Positions 12,966-23,116 of a DNA stretch of 26,967 nt are shown here, piece after piece (position 1 is the stretch's first letter; every line of letters begins with the position of its first letter). A program made the position numbers and the translations under genes. Below the pieces are notes generated by a model. That model saw nothing but the letters and a program-made list of their open reading frames with translations. It did not search any database and was not told where the DNA came from. The stretch is from a virus (lineage: Duplodnaviria; Caudoviricetes). The stretch spans positions 1 to 26,967 of the IMG/VR virus record IMGVR_UViG_3300032243_001851; one strand, 5' to 3'.

Positions 12966-15146
12966 ATGCCTAGAAAAAAATATCTAAAAAGCGACGCTAT
13001 CCCAAATGCAGCACCAATAGTGCCTGAAAATGCATATGTAACTTGGGAAGATGGTAATTTAGCCAGTAAAAAAGACGCTTTAAATGAGGCTTCGAAAAGT
13101 TTAGAAGAATTTGGTATAGCCAATAAGTCAGTAGCTGCAACTAGCCGATTCAGAAATTTTATGAATCTAGATGGTTCAATTTCTGGTCGTCCCGGACTAA
13201 CAAAATCTGATTATGACTATTTTCGTCCAGACGAAGCTATCCCTACAGAGATCAAGGCCATTTTTGCTATGGCCGACCAAATTTATGATAGAGTAGGATT
13301 AGTAAAAAATGTTATTGATTTGATGGGCGATTTTGCTAGTCAAGGCATTAGATTAGTTCATCCTAATAAAAGAATTGAAAAATTCTATAGAAATTGGTTT
13401 GATAAAATTAAGGGTGAAGAAAGAAGTGAAAGATTCTTAAATAATTTATACAGAGTTGGAAATGTTATTGTTAATCGTCAAACAGCCAAAATTAGTGTTA
13501 AAGTAGCAGACAAACTTTATAGAACTGTTGCTTCTCCTGATCTTATTATTAATTCTGATGAAATAGGAGTAGAAAAAAGAGAAATTCCTTGGATATATAC
13601 TTTTAATGATCCTAGATGTGTTGATGTTATTGGTGGATCATTATCGTCTTTCGTTACTAATAAAACATATAGTATTACTTTACCAGCCACATTAAGAAAA
13701 TTAATTAATGCTCCTAAGACAGATGCTGAAAAAGCAATTGTAGATCAATTACCTAGTCAAATTATTGAAGCAGCCAAATCAAAAACACAATATATACTAG
13801 ATCCAAATAAAACACTAGTATTTCACTATAAAAAAGACGATTGGAAAACTTGGGCTTTCCCCATGATTTATTCCATCATGGACGATATTAGTATTGTTGA
13901 AAAGCTAAAACTAGCAGACCTAGCCGCTCTTGATGGGGCCATTAGTAATATTCGTATTTTTAAGCTAGGTAGTTTAGAACACAAAATAGCTCCAACACAA
14001 GCTGCCGCAGCAAAACTTAGCGAAATATTACAGGGTAATGTTGGTGGTGGAACTATGGATCTTGTGTGGGGTCCAGATATTGAATTAATTGAAAGCAAAA
14101 CTAGTGTTCATCAATTTTTAGGCGAAGCTAAATATACTCCTCACCTTAATAGTATATATGCTGGCTTGGGTATTCCTCCAACACTAACAGGAACATTTGG
14201 AGCTAGTGGTACTACCAATAATTTTATTTCATTAAAAACTCTAACTCAAAGACTACAGTATGGTCGTAAAGTTTTGACAGCTTTTTGGAAACAAGAAATT
14301 GCTATAGTTCAAAAAGCAATGGGATTTAGATATGCAGCAAAAATAGAATTTGATAGGATGGATCTTAGTAATGAGGATGCAGAAAAAGCATTACTTATTC
14401 AATTAGCTGATCGTAATATCGTATCTGATGAATTAGTACAAAGAATATTCGGATTTGATCCAGATACAGAGAAGTCTCGTCTTAATAGAGAAACCAGACA
14501 AAGAGATAGTGATCGTATGATTCGTAAAGCTGGTCCATGGTATAATCCACAACTTGAAGATAATCTTAAGAAAATTGCATTACAAACCGGAATAGTTTCT
14601 CCCAGCCAAGTTGGTTTAGAATTAGAGAAAAAGAAAAATGGAGAACAAAGTGCTTTAGATATGAAAGTTCCAGCAGTTCCTAAAAGCGCAGCCCCCGTGA
14701 ATAATCTTAGTGGACAACCACAACAAGGCAGACCAAAAAACAAAAAAGATGAGACAAAAAGAAAAACCAAAGTTTTCAAACCACAAACTGGAGCATCTTT
14801 ACAACTTTGGGCCATAGAAGCACAAGATAAAATTTCGCAAATATTAAATTCGTATTTTCTTGAGTTCTATAATAAAAAGAATATGAGAAGCTTATCTAAT
14901 TCTGAATATGATGAATCAGAAGCAGCAAAAACTAAGATCTTTCTTTCGCTGGATCCATTAGCTGCTATTACCGAAGAATTAGTTTTAGCAAAACTCAATA
15001 CTATCAATAGTATTGATATTAATCTTCAAACACAAAATTATAATACTCTTCTTAAAAATATTACTAATGAATTAAATAGACAATTAACCTCAGATGAGCT
15101 TAAGTATACAAAAGCCTATTTTTACCAACTGGTGTATACAGAATAG
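12966..15146 (+). CDS. portal protein
   Basis: Follows terL; portal-like segments (VKNVIDLMGDF, YRVGNVIV, IYAGLGIPPTL) and GRP tail. Confidence 0.8.
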   Translation: MPRKKYLKSDAIPNAAPIVPENAYVTWEDGNLASKKDALNEASKSLEEFGIANKSVAATSRFRNFMNLDGSISGRPGLTKSDYDYFRPDEAIPTEIKAIFAMADQIYDRVGLVKNVIDLMGDFASQGIRLVHPNKRIEKFYRNWFDKIKGEERSERFLNNLYRVGNVIVNRQTAKISVKVADKLYRTVASPDLIINSDEIGVEKREIPWIYTFNDPRCVDVIGGSLSSFVTNKTYSITLPATLRKLINAPKTDAEKAIVDQLPSQIIEAAKSKTQYILDPNKTLVFHYKKDDWKTWAFPMIYSIMDDISIVEKLKLADLAALDGAISNIRIFKLGSLEHKIAPTQAAAAKLSEILQGNVGGGTMDLVWGPDIELIESKTSVHQFLGEAKYTPHLNSIYAGLGIPPTLTGTFGASGTTNNFISLKTLTQRLQYGRKVLTAFWKQEIAIVQKAMGFRYAAKIEFDRMDLSNEDAEKALLIQLADRNIVSDELVQRIFGFDPDTEKSRLNRETRQRDSDRMIRKAGPWYNPQLEDNLKKIALQTGIVSPSQVGLELEKKKNGEQSALDMKVPAVPKSAAPVNNLSGQPQQGRPKNKKDETKRKTKVFKPQTGASLQLWAIEAQDKISQILNSYFLEFYNKKNMRSLSNSEYDESEAAKTKIFLSLDPLAAITEELVLAKLNTINSIDINLQTQNYNTLLKNITNELNRQLTSDELKYTKAYFYQLVYTE

Positions 15147-15175
15147 TTGAAAATTGCTTTCTTAATGGAAATAAT

Positions 15176-16639
15176 ATGAATATTTATCAAGCAGAGAAAG
15201 ACGCCGGTCTAACAGATCTATTATCTGCAAAATCTTCTATTGTATATGCTTCACTATTAGAAAAATCTACTATTGACATTAATAATAACACTAGACTAGT
15301 TGATAATAAAGCTTTTGCCGGTATAGAAGATTCTGATTTATATTATACTCAATCCATTTTAGTAACTACCTCTTGGAATAAAAATGATGACATTTTTGAT
15401 CCTAAAGAAGTATGGCTAGCTAAATCCACCCCTACACATAAGCCAACTAATCTTGAGCATGATGAAAGCCTGATAGTTGGACACATCACATCTAATTGGC
15501 CTATTGAGGATAATGGCCAACTTATTGAAGATAATACAGATATTAATAATTTACCAGAAAAATTTCATATTTTAACAGGATCAGTAATTTATAAAGGATA
15601 TACTGAACCAGATCTTAGAGATAGAGCATTAACATTAATTGATGAAATAGAGTCCGGTAATAAGTATGTTAGTATGGAATGTTTTTTTAAGGGATTTGAT
15701 TATGGATTAATCAATCAGAGTACTGGACAATATAATGTATTATCACGAAATGAAGAAACAGCATTTTTAACAAAATTTTTAAGAGCATATGGTGGCGAAG
15801 GACAACATCAAAACTATAAAATAGGCAGAGTATTAAGAGATATAACATTTTCTGGAAAAGGTTTTGTTAATAGACCCGCTAATCCAGATAGTATTATTTT
15901 CACTAAAGATAATCTTCCACTATCGAAGGAAGTGGCCAGTATTCAAATTAATGAAGAAAAAAAAGACGATTTCTTAAAAGAAGGTGTATTTTCAAATCAA
16001 GCCAATTTAAAGGAGACCAATATGAGTATTGAATCAGAAACTGTTCAGCCTGAAGTAGCAGAAATAACTGTTGAAACACCAACAATAGAAACTCCTGTTG
16101 CTGAAACTCAAGCTGAAGTAGAAACTGTCCAAGCTGAGACAGAAGAAGTAGCCAATCAAACAGCAGAAGAAATGAAGAGAATACAAGCTGCTCTTGATAG
16201 TGCTCTAGAAACTATTGCTGCTTATAAGAAAACTGAAGAAGAAGCAGCTAAGAAAGCAAAGAAAACCAAAAAAGTTGCCTCTCTTGTTGAGGCTGGTATT
16301 GCAGCAGATCTAGCCGATTCCGCAGCCGATAAATTTGAATCTCTAGACGACGAAGTTTTCTCCACTGTTCTTTCTCTAGTTGCTGCTAAAAAGGCAACCA
16401 AAGACGAAACAGACGAAGAAGAGAAAAAAGAAGAAGAAGCTGAAACCACAGAACAGAAGACCAAAGAAAAGAAAGAAATGGCTTCTGTTGATGTTTCCGC
16501 ACTAGAAACCGCCGAAGTTGAAGAATCTGTGAACCTTAGTGTCGGTAACGACCAAGACTCACAAATTCATAACACTAGAGCTGCTTTAGTTGATTTTGTA
16601 TGTATTAGACTAGGTAAAAAACTTAATAAGGGAGAGTAA
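15176..16639 (+). CDS. prohead protease with C-terminal scaffold
   Basis: NKNDDIF, NLEHD, VSMEC, FSGKGFVNRPANPDS; acidic coiled C-terminal half. Confidence 0.75.
   Translation: MNIYQAEKDAGLTDLLSAKSSIVYASLLEKSTIDINNNTRLVDNKAFAGIEDSDLYYTQSILVTTSWNKNDDIFDPKEVWLAKSTPTHKPTNLEHDESLIVGHITSNWPIEDNGQLIEDNTDINNLPEKFHILTGSVIYKGYTEPDLRDRALTLIDEIESGNKYVSMECFFKGFDYGLINQSTGQYNVLSRNEETAFLTKFLRAYGGEGQHQNYKIGRVLRDITFSGKGFVNRPANPDSIIFTKDNLPLSKEVASIQINEEKKDDFLKEGVFSNQANLKETNMSIESETVQPEVAEITVETPTIETPVAETQAEVETVQAETEEVANQTAEEMKRIQAALDSALETIAAYKKTEEEAAKKAKKTKKVASLVEAGIAADLADSAADKFESLDDEVFSTVLSLVAAKKATKDETDEEEKKEEEAETTEQKTKEKKEMASVDVSALETAEVEESVNLSVGNDQDSQIHNTRAALVDFVCIRLGKKLNKGE
16022..16639 (+). CDS. nested in-frame scaffold protein (205 aa)
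   Basis: AAGGAG SD before in-frame ATG 16022; GTGTAT box at 15984. Confidence 0.6.
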   Translation: MSIESETVQPEVAEITVETPTIETPVAETQAEVETVQAETEEVANQTAEEMKRIQAALDSALETIAAYKKTEEEAAKKAKKTKKVASLVEAGIAADLADSAADKFESLDDEVFSTVLSLVAAKKATKDETDEEEKKEEEAETTEQKTKEKKEMASVDVSALETAEVEESVNLSVGNDQDSQIHNTRAALVDFVCIRLGKKLNKGE

Positions 16640-16641
16640 AA

Positions 16642-17097
16642 ATGGCTTTAAAATCAGATCGCGTTGAAGCTTACACAGATATTTCTTACTTCTGCAACAG
16701 TACAGCAGAGCGTGGTGGTGTCGCTGTTCATCTTACTGGCGGTTCGGGCGTTGCTATGGACGATGCTGGTGCAGCCGTAGCTTATGCAGCTAACCAATCC
16801 GGTACTATTCCAGCGGGTCTATTGCTAAATGATGTTGTTAATCTTGATCTAACAAGACAGCACATCAACTGGCATCGTGACGAAGTACAGATTGGTAGTA
16901 AGGTATCACTATTACGTCAGGGTCAAGTTACAACAAATATGGTTGTATCTGGCGTATCACCAACAGTAGGTGCCGATGCTTACTATGGTGCAAATGGTAA
17001 ACTAACTACTGTCAGCACTAACAGTGTTAAGGTAGGTCGTTTTCTAAGCGTTAAAGATTCTGACGGTTACGTAAAAGTAGACATTAATATAACATGA
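16642..17097 (+). CDS. capsid decoration/cement protein
   Basis: 151-aa beta-type protein between scaffold and capsid genes. Confidence 0.6.
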   Translation: MALKSDRVEAYTDISYFCNSTAERGGVAVHLTGGSGVAMDDAGAAVAYAANQSGTIPAGLLLNDVVNLDLTRQHINWHRDEVQIGSKVSLLRQGQVTTNMVVSGVSPTVGADAYYGANGKLTTVSTNSVKVGRFLSVKDSDGYVKVDINIT

Positions 17098-17111
17098 TAA
17101 GGGAGAAAAAC

Positions 17112-18116
17112 ATGGCCAATAGAAAATTTGAAGCAACACCAGAGTTAACAGATCTTTTAGTTCGCTCTGGTTCTTTACACAAGGAAGAGGCTCTAGCAGC
17201 AAACCACGAGTTTGCCAAAGCTCTTGAGCTTCCTCTTCGTCAAGGCGTTCTTAGTGGTAACATTCTTGATAACATTTTCGAGCCAATTGCTTTAGCTCAA
17301 AGTGCTACTCCAGAATTTCCACTTGATTTCCTTGCTCCTGGTACTGAAAAAGACTTTGTGGCCTATACCATTCCAAATCATGGTTATATTCCACAGAAGC
17401 ATGTTGAAGGTGATTACGTCATGGTTCCAACCTATGATATTGGCGCTAGTATCGATTATCTTCTAAAGTATGCCCGCGACGCCCGTTGGGACGTTGTTGG
17501 TCGTGCTATGGAAGTTCTCGAAGCCCAATTTGTCAAGAAGATGAACGATGATGGCTGGCACACACTACTTGCCGCTGGCGTTGATCGTAACATCGTTGTT
17601 TATGATAGCGATGCTAACGACGGTCTTTTCACAAAGAGACTAGTTTCTCTAATGAAGACCGTTATGCGTCGTAACGGCGGTGGTAACTCTGCTAGTAATA
17701 ACCGTGGCATGCTAACTGATCTTTATGTTTCACCAGAAGCAATGGAAGATATCCGTAACTGGGGTCTAGATCAAATCGACGAAGTTACTCGTCGTGAGAT
17801 TTATACTGCTGCTGATGGCACACTAAACCGTGTTTTCGGCATCAACCTCCATGATCGTGATGAGCTTGGTGAGGGCCAACAGTACCAGCTATTCTATAGC
17901 AATGTACTAAGTGGCTCACTACCCGGCAGCAAGGTTGAACTAGTTGTGGGTCTTGACCTACGCAAGAGAGATAGCTTTATCATGCCAGTTCGTCAAGAAG
18001 TTCAAATCTTCGAAGACGACACTCTTCATCGTCAGAAGAGAGCCGGTTTCTACGGCTGGGCTGAACAAGGCTTCGCTGTTCTTGATAATCGTAGAGTTCT
18101 TCTTGGCGCTCTATAA
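17112..18116 (+). CDS. major capsid protein
   Basis: Position, about 334 aa, GGGAG SD at 17112, followed by a strong terminator. Confidence 0.85.
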   Translation: MANRKFEATPELTDLLVRSGSLHKEEALAANHEFAKALELPLRQGVLSGNILDNIFEPIALAQSATPEFPLDFLAPGTEKDFVAYTIPNHGYIPQKHVEGDYVMVPTYDIGASIDYLLKYARDARWDVVGRAMEVLEAQFVKKMNDDGWHTLLAAGVDRNIVVYDSDANDGLFTKRLVSLMKTVMRRNGGGNSASNNRGMLTDLYVSPEAMEDIRNWGLDQIDEVTRREIYTAADGTLNRVFGINLHDRDELGEGQQYQLFYSNVLSGSLPGSKVELVVGLDLRKRDSFIMPVRQEVQIFEDDTLHRQKRAGFYGWAEQGFAVLDNRRVLLGAL

Positions 18117-18142
18117 TCATCAAATAGGCTTATCGATAAAAG

Positions 18143-18174
18143 AAAAGGCTGGCCTTGCGCCGGCCTTTTTTTTT
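18143..18174 (+). terminator. intrinsic terminator
   Basis: AGGCTGGC-CTTGC-GCCGGCCT followed by a T run. Confidence 0.85.
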
Positions 18175-18220
18175 AGGTGTATAATATATTATTCAATAAC
18201 CTAGTAATATAGGAATTTTT

Positions 18221-18625
18221 ATGGCAGCAAGTAAATATGACTTTGCTATCGAACAAGGTACTTCTTTTAGATTTTCTTTAGTTTATAAGGATTCTACTGG
18301 TACACCCATAGATATTACAGGATGGTGCTCTAGATTAATATTAAAGACAAATATTGATACTACACAAATATATACTACTAATAATACTGACTATAATCTT
18401 TATAAATTTACTATTGACGAACCAAATGGTAAATTAACACTATTATTACCAGCTACAACCACCAACGATTTTACCTTTCACAATGCTAAATATGATCTAG
18501 AATTACAAAGTCCTGATGAAATATATAGTGGTGGTGGTAAATATATTACAAGAATTCTTTTTGGTACAATTACTATTTTGAAAAGATTTAGTCAGGTTGA
18601 AACAGCTTTGGAGTGTAATATATGA
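18221..18625 (+). CDS. virion structural protein (Ig-like adaptor type)
   Basis: IEQGTSF...PIDITG...YDLEL...RIL.G pattern often seen before fibre genes. Confidence 0.55.
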   Translation: MAASKYDFAIEQGTSFRFSLVYKDSTGTPIDITGWCSRLILKTNIDTTQIYTTNNTDYNLYKFTIDEPNGKLTLLLPATTTNDFTFHNAKYDLELQSPDEIYSGGGKYITRILFGTITILKRFSQVETALECNI

Positions 18626-18882
18626 GCAATTATATTATAGAGGTGTTAGAACCATCGGTGTATTTAATCGATGTTGAGACCAGTTTTGTAGATAATATCA
18701 ACAATATTGAAATAGAAAGATACGAATACTATAATATTGATATTATTAATACTGAAAAAATTATACCCAGCGATTTTCCAGATTATCCAGTTAATCGTAT
18801 TACTGGAGATTGGCCAGTTGATAGAATAAGCGGATTAAAAGAATATTTAGATAGTTATCATTTTGATTGTGGATCACCTTAA
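18622..18882 (+). CDS. hypothetical virion protein
   Basis: Coupled ORF ending FDCGSP. Confidence 0.6.
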   Translation: MSNYIIEVLEPSVYLIDVETSFVDNINNIEIERYEYYNIDIINTEKIIPSDFPDYPVNRITGDWPVDRISGLKEYLDSYHFDCGSP

Positions 18883-18898
18883 TAAATGGAGATAATCA

Positions 18899-20227
18899 AT
18901 GCCCGTTCAAACTAAAGTACAGCTCAGAAGAGGATCATCCGCCCAATGGTCAGTTTCTACCGACCCATTATCTATGGGTGAAATAGGATATGATACCACT
19001 CTTAAAAAATTCAAAATTGGAGATGGTACTAGTTTATGGGCTAGTTTAGACTGGGCCACAACACTACCATCTGAATTAAATGAACTTATTGATGATAGGG
19101 TTAATGATTTAGTAGTGGCTGGTAGTGGTATTGTTAAAAGCTATGATGACTCTGGAAATACTTTGACTATTTCTAGCCCCCTATCTGCTGGTAGCGGTAT
19201 TAGTTTATCCTATAGTGGCGGAACTTATACTATCAATAATACCGGCATAATTACTAATGCTGGCGATATTGTTGGTTTTGATACTCAAGTAAGAACAAAT
19301 AGATTAGACCAGATGGCTGCCCCATCGGGATCAGTATCTTTAAATAGTCAAAAAATTACATCATTAGCTACTCCAACATCTGATAGTGATGCTGCTACTA
19401 AAGCTTATGTTGATGCTGCTCGTAGCGGATTAGACGTTAAACAAAGCGTTAGAGTTGCCACAACGGCCAATATTACTTTATCTGGAACTCAAACTATTGA
19501 TGGCGTTAGTATTATTGCTGGTGACAGAGTATTGGTCAAAGATCAAAGCACAGCTAGCCAAAACGGTATTTATGATGTATCTGCTAGCGGCTGGAGTCGT
19601 TCATCTGATGCTGACTCTAATACTGAGGTTACAGCAGGAATGTTTACTTTCGTAACAGAAGGTTCAACAAATGCTGACAGTGGTTGGGTTTTAACAACCA
19701 ATGATACTATTACCCTAGGATCCACCAGCCTAGCCTTTGCACAATTTAGTGGTGCTGGTCAAATTACCGCCGGATCTGGTTTAACTAAAACCGGTAATAC
19801 AATAGATATTGGTACAGCTAGTTCTTCTAGAATTGTTGTTAATGCTGACTCTATAGATCTAGCTACTGTAACTAGATCCGATAGTAGCGGATCAGCAGGC
19901 TCAACCTTTTTACAGTCAGTAACCACTGACTCTTATGGTAGAGTTACCAGCTCAGTTTCAGGAGTTGTTCAAGACGCCTCAACTTCTGTTAAAGGAATAG
20001 CATCTTTTGATAGTGGGGATTTTAGTGTTAGTTCAGGAGCAGTAAGTATTAAAGCTAGTGGAGTAGATAATAGTCAATTGGTTAATAGTAGCATAACAGT
20101 TGGCTCAAGTTCCGTTTCATTGGGTGGCACTTTGACAAGTATTAATGGTTTAACTAGTATAAGTGGAGTTAGTGCTGGTAGTCCAACAACTCTTTACTAT
20201 TGTGCTATAGATGGTGGAACTCCCTGA
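18899..20227 (+). CDS. fibre protein with Mtd N-terminal-like domain
   Basis: QLRRG...W....GEIGYDT...KIGDG...W..L; DAATKAYVD...RVATTANITLSGTQTIDGV fibre module. Confidence 0.8.
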   Translation: MPVQTKVQLRRGSSAQWSVSTDPLSMGEIGYDTTLKKFKIGDGTSLWASLDWATTLPSELNELIDDRVNDLVVAGSGIVKSYDDSGNTLTISSPLSAGSGISLSYSGGTYTINNTGIITNAGDIVGFDTQVRTNRLDQMAAPSGSVSLNSQKITSLATPTSDSDAATKAYVDAARSGLDVKQSVRVATTANITLSGTQTIDGVSIIAGDRVLVKDQSTASQNGIYDVSASGWSRSSDADSNTEVTAGMFTFVTEGSTNADSGWVLTTNDTITLGSTSLAFAQFSGAGQITAGSGLTKTGNTIDIGTASSSRIVVNADSIDLATVTRSDSSGSAGSTFLQSVTTDSYGRVTSSVSGVVQDASTSVKGIASFDSGDFSVSSGAVSIKASGVDNSQLVNSSITVGSSSVSLGGTLTSINGLTSISGVSAGSPTTLYYCAIDGGTP

Positions 20228-20245
20228 TATTAGGAATTTAGAGCT

Positions 20246-21541
20246 ATGCCAGTTAATGATCTAATTACTATACGCAAGGGAACAGCTTCCCAATGGAGTA
20301 GTAATAATCCGGTTTTAGCTAGTGGAGAACTTGGTTTTGATACTACTAATAATATATTAAAAATTGGGGATGGATCAACATCATGGAATAGTTTAAGTAA
20401 TCATTCTCACTCTAGCTCTAATATTAGTGATTTAACCGAGAGTGTTCAAGATATTGTGGGGTCCGGCTTTTTAGTGGCTGGTACTGGAATAACTCTTAAC
20501 TATAATGATAGTGCTAATACTTTAACTATTAGTAGTAGTGGTTCTTCTGTAGCAGACGGTAGTATAACCACAGCTAAATTGGATGCTAATATAGTTATTG
20601 ACTGCGGCGCTTATTCAGCAATAGTTCCAAATGCTCCAACTGGTTTGACAGCAACGGCAAATAGCGGTGGAACAGTTAGTCTTTCGTGGACCGCCCCAAC
20701 CAACAATGGCGGCGTTTCCATAACCGACTATTCAATTCAATATTCAACTAATAGTGGATCATCATGGACATCTTGGAGCCACAGTGCCTCAACATCAACA
20801 AGTGCAACAATAAGTGCTCTTTCTGCAGTTTCTACTATATTCAGGGTTGCCGGTATCAATAGTGTGGGAACCGGAGCATACAGTACTTCTAGCAGTGCGG
20901 TAACCCCCATATCTTTCACAGCAGTTGCAGTTATTCTTACTAGCGGCACCAGCTATTCCATACCTTCTGGAGCCACAACAATGAAAGCTTGGGCTGTTGG
21001 TCAAGGAGGAGACGGAACTGTTGGCGGAGGCGCCGGTGGAACAGCTTACAAAACATGGTCAGTTTCGGCAGGAACAGTTTCATATGCCGTTGGAGCAACA
21101 GTCACCAGAAATAGTAGTGGAGCAAACACCACAGTAACATATGGAGGAACTACCATAAGTGGTCTTGGCGGTTATTATGAGCCAACAGGAGTGGCGACTA
21201 AGGCTGGAGGCAGCTATTCTGGTGGAGACGGGGGAGCCGATGGCGGTCCTGGGGTATTTTATAATGCCACAGGGCTAGACTGGCTTGGTGGCGGCGTTGG
21301 AGGTAACGGAGTGGTCAGATCTTGTATACGCAGACAAGCCACCGACGTGTCCGGTTTGTTTGCCGCCGTATCTTTGGCCGGAAGTACTGCAACTGAAACA
21401 TGCGGTGCTAATGCCGCCTTTGGTAGCGGAGGATACTATGACAATGAGGCTCCCACGCGTGTAACGGGAGGTTTGGGTGGTGGAAGTCCAGCTGGAGGAG
21501 CAGCAAGAACAACTGGAGCAGTAGTGCTTTATTTTACATAA
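20246..21541 (+). CDS. fibre protein: Mtd-N-like, FN3 and glycine-rich domains
   Basis: RKGTASQW...GELGFDT..KIGDG; PNAPTGLTA...LSWTAP...ITDYSIQYS...FRVAGINSVGTG (FN3). Confidence 0.8.
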   Translation: MPVNDLITIRKGTASQWSSNNPVLASGELGFDTTNNILKIGDGSTSWNSLSNHSHSSSNISDLTESVQDIVGSGFLVAGTGITLNYNDSANTLTISSSGSSVADGSITTAKLDANIVIDCGAYSAIVPNAPTGLTATANSGGTVSLSWTAPTNNGGVSITDYSIQYSTNSGSSWTSWSHSASTSTSATISALSAVSTIFRVAGINSVGTGAYSTSSSAVTPISFTAVAVILTSGTSYSIPSGATTMKAWAVGQGGDGTVGGGAGGTAYKTWSVSAGTVSYAVGATVTRNSSGANTTVTYGGTTISGLGGYYEPTGVATKAGGSYSGGDGGADGGPGVFYNATGLDWLGGGVGGNGVVRSCIRRQATDVSGLFAAVSLAGSTATETCGANAAFGSGGYYDNEAPTRVTGGLGGGSPAGGAARTTGAVVLYFT

Positions 21542-21576
21542 TGTACATGGTTAGAAACCATAAAGAGAGTTAAAAT

Positions 21577-21834
21577 ATGCCAAAAACAGTACAACATAAG
21601 CGAGGAACTGCTGTAGTCATGACAGCGAATAATCCAATTCTAGCCGCTGGTGAGATTGGTATTGAAACAGATACTCTCAGAATCAAAATAGGTGATGGGT
21701 CTACAGCATGGAACTCACTTAGTTATCAAGCACCGTCAGCTAGTGATATTACGCTAGGCACTTTAACCGATACCAAACTATCAACTAAAGCACAATCAGC
21801 ATTAAGTCTTTATTTATGGAGTAATTTCAAATAG
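21577..21834 (+). CDS. stand-alone Mtd-N-like domain protein
   Basis: KRGT....NPILAAGEIGIETDT..IKIGDGSTAWNSL. Confidence 0.75.
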   Translation: MPKTVQHKRGTAVVMTANNPILAAGEIGIETDTLRIKIGDGSTAWNSLSYQAPSASDITLGTLTDTKLSTKAQSALSLYLWSNFK

Positions 21835-21846
21835 GAGAAATAATTT

Positions 21847-22251
21847 ATGGCCACAAGTCCAAGTTTCGCAGCAACACCAAGAATAGGCAGTGTGAGTATT
21901 CCTCCGTCCGGCGGTGGCGGCGCAGATTCGTCTTATACAGCCCCAACCGCCGGAAATGTTGGCACCGTAATTACAGGAGCATCAACAGGAACCCGAATAG
22001 CAGAAATTGTGGTAAAGTGTGCGGCCTCATCATCACTAGCTATTGTACGAATATTTTTATATGATGGAACAACCTATTGGTTATTTGATGAAGTTACTAT
22101 AGCCGCAGCTACCGGCTCAAATACTGTTCAGCAGACAAGAGTTAGCACAAGCTATAACAACTTGATATTGCCTTCAGCTTCTTGGAGCATAAGAGTTACC
22201 ACTAGCGTTAGTCAAACAACACACGTTACAGCATTAGGGGCTGATTTATGA
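21847..22251 (+). CDS. putative virion protein
   Basis: AGGAG SD; Ser/Thr-rich beta protein within the fibre cluster. Confidence 0.6.
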   Translation: MATSPSFAATPRIGSVSIPPSGGGGADSSYTAPTAGNVGTVITGASTGTRIAEIVVKCAASSSLAIVRIFLYDGTTYWLFDEVTIAAATGSNTVQQTRVSTSYNNLILPSASWSIRVTTSVSQTTHVTALGADL

Positions 22252-23108
22252 ACGTAGGAATTTACGGTCTCGGCACCTCCGCTGCGGCGGGTGGACCATT
22301 TGGTGTCAACGGCGTTCCTGCCCCAGCGACAGTTCGCGTTTTGGTTGTTGCTGGTGGATCGGGCGGTATGAACGGCGGCAGCAGCAACGCAAGAGGCGGC
22401 GGCGGGGCGGGTGGCTTAATAGAAGATACGATTGTTGCTGTTCTTGGCGGAACTACCACATATCAAGTTTCGATTGGTGCAGGTGGTGCGGGATCAGCAT
22501 CTGGTGGTTATGGCAGCAATTCCCGTTTTGCTGGGATCGTTACGATTGGCGGCGGATATGTTGACACCGGAGGAGTTGACCGCCGCGGGGGAAGCGGCGC
22601 AGGGTCTATCACAGTGATTGCTGGAACTACAGTTTCTACTATTCAAGGTAACAACGGAGGTATCGGAAACGGAAACGTGCGTGGTGGCGGTGGTGGTGGT
22701 GCTGGTGGTACTGGTTCGGCCGCCGGTGCCACCAGCGGCGGGAACGGCGGTACCGGCAAGACTTCTACAATCACCGGCCTAACCTACGCCGGTGGCGGCG
22801 GTGGCGGCTGTCCAAGCGGCGGAACAAAAGGTAGTGGCGGATCAGCAGTTGGCGGCGACGGCGGCGACGGCACCAATACAGCAACGAATGGTGCAGTCAA
22901 TACAGGTTCGGGTGGCGGAGGGGGTGGTCAATCCGCAACCGCTGGAATTGCAGTCGGTGCATCTGGTGGCAGCGGCGTTGTAATAATCCGCTATTCAAAT
23001 CTGTTAAATATTAAAATAGGGTCGGGGCTTACATATAACGTTTCAAGTTCCGGCGGCGACCAAATAGTTACTTTTACAGCGGGAACGGATACTATTTCTT
23101 TTAACTGA
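22248..23108 (+). CDS. glycine-rich fibre/receptor-binding protein
   Basis: VLVVAGG.GG, YAGGGGG, NTGSGGGG, GGSGVVIIRY motifs. Confidence 0.8.
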   Translation: MNVGIYGLGTSAAAGGPFGVNGVPAPATVRVLVVAGGSGGMNGGSSNARGGGGAGGLIEDTIVAVLGGTTTYQVSIGAGGAGSASGGYGSNSRFAGIVTIGGGYVDTGGVDRRGGSGAGSITVIAGTTVSTIQGNNGGIGNGNVRGGGGGGAGGTGSAAGATSGGNGGTGKTSTITGLTYAGGGGGGCPSGGTKGSGGSAVGGDGGDGTNTATNGAVNTGSGGGGGGQSATAGIAVGASGGSGVVIIRYSNLLNIKIGSGLTYNVSSSGGDQIVTFTAGTDTISFN

Positions 23109-23116
23109 GGAAAAAT

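Noticed and set aside
22680-22930. GGT/GGC runs as a DNA repeat element
   Set aside because: Explained by poly-glycine coding.
18899-23108. Diversity-generating retroelement suggested by Mtd-like domains
   Set aside because: Only the N-terminal anchor domain is present; no reverse transcriptase or adenine-variable repeat pair was seen.
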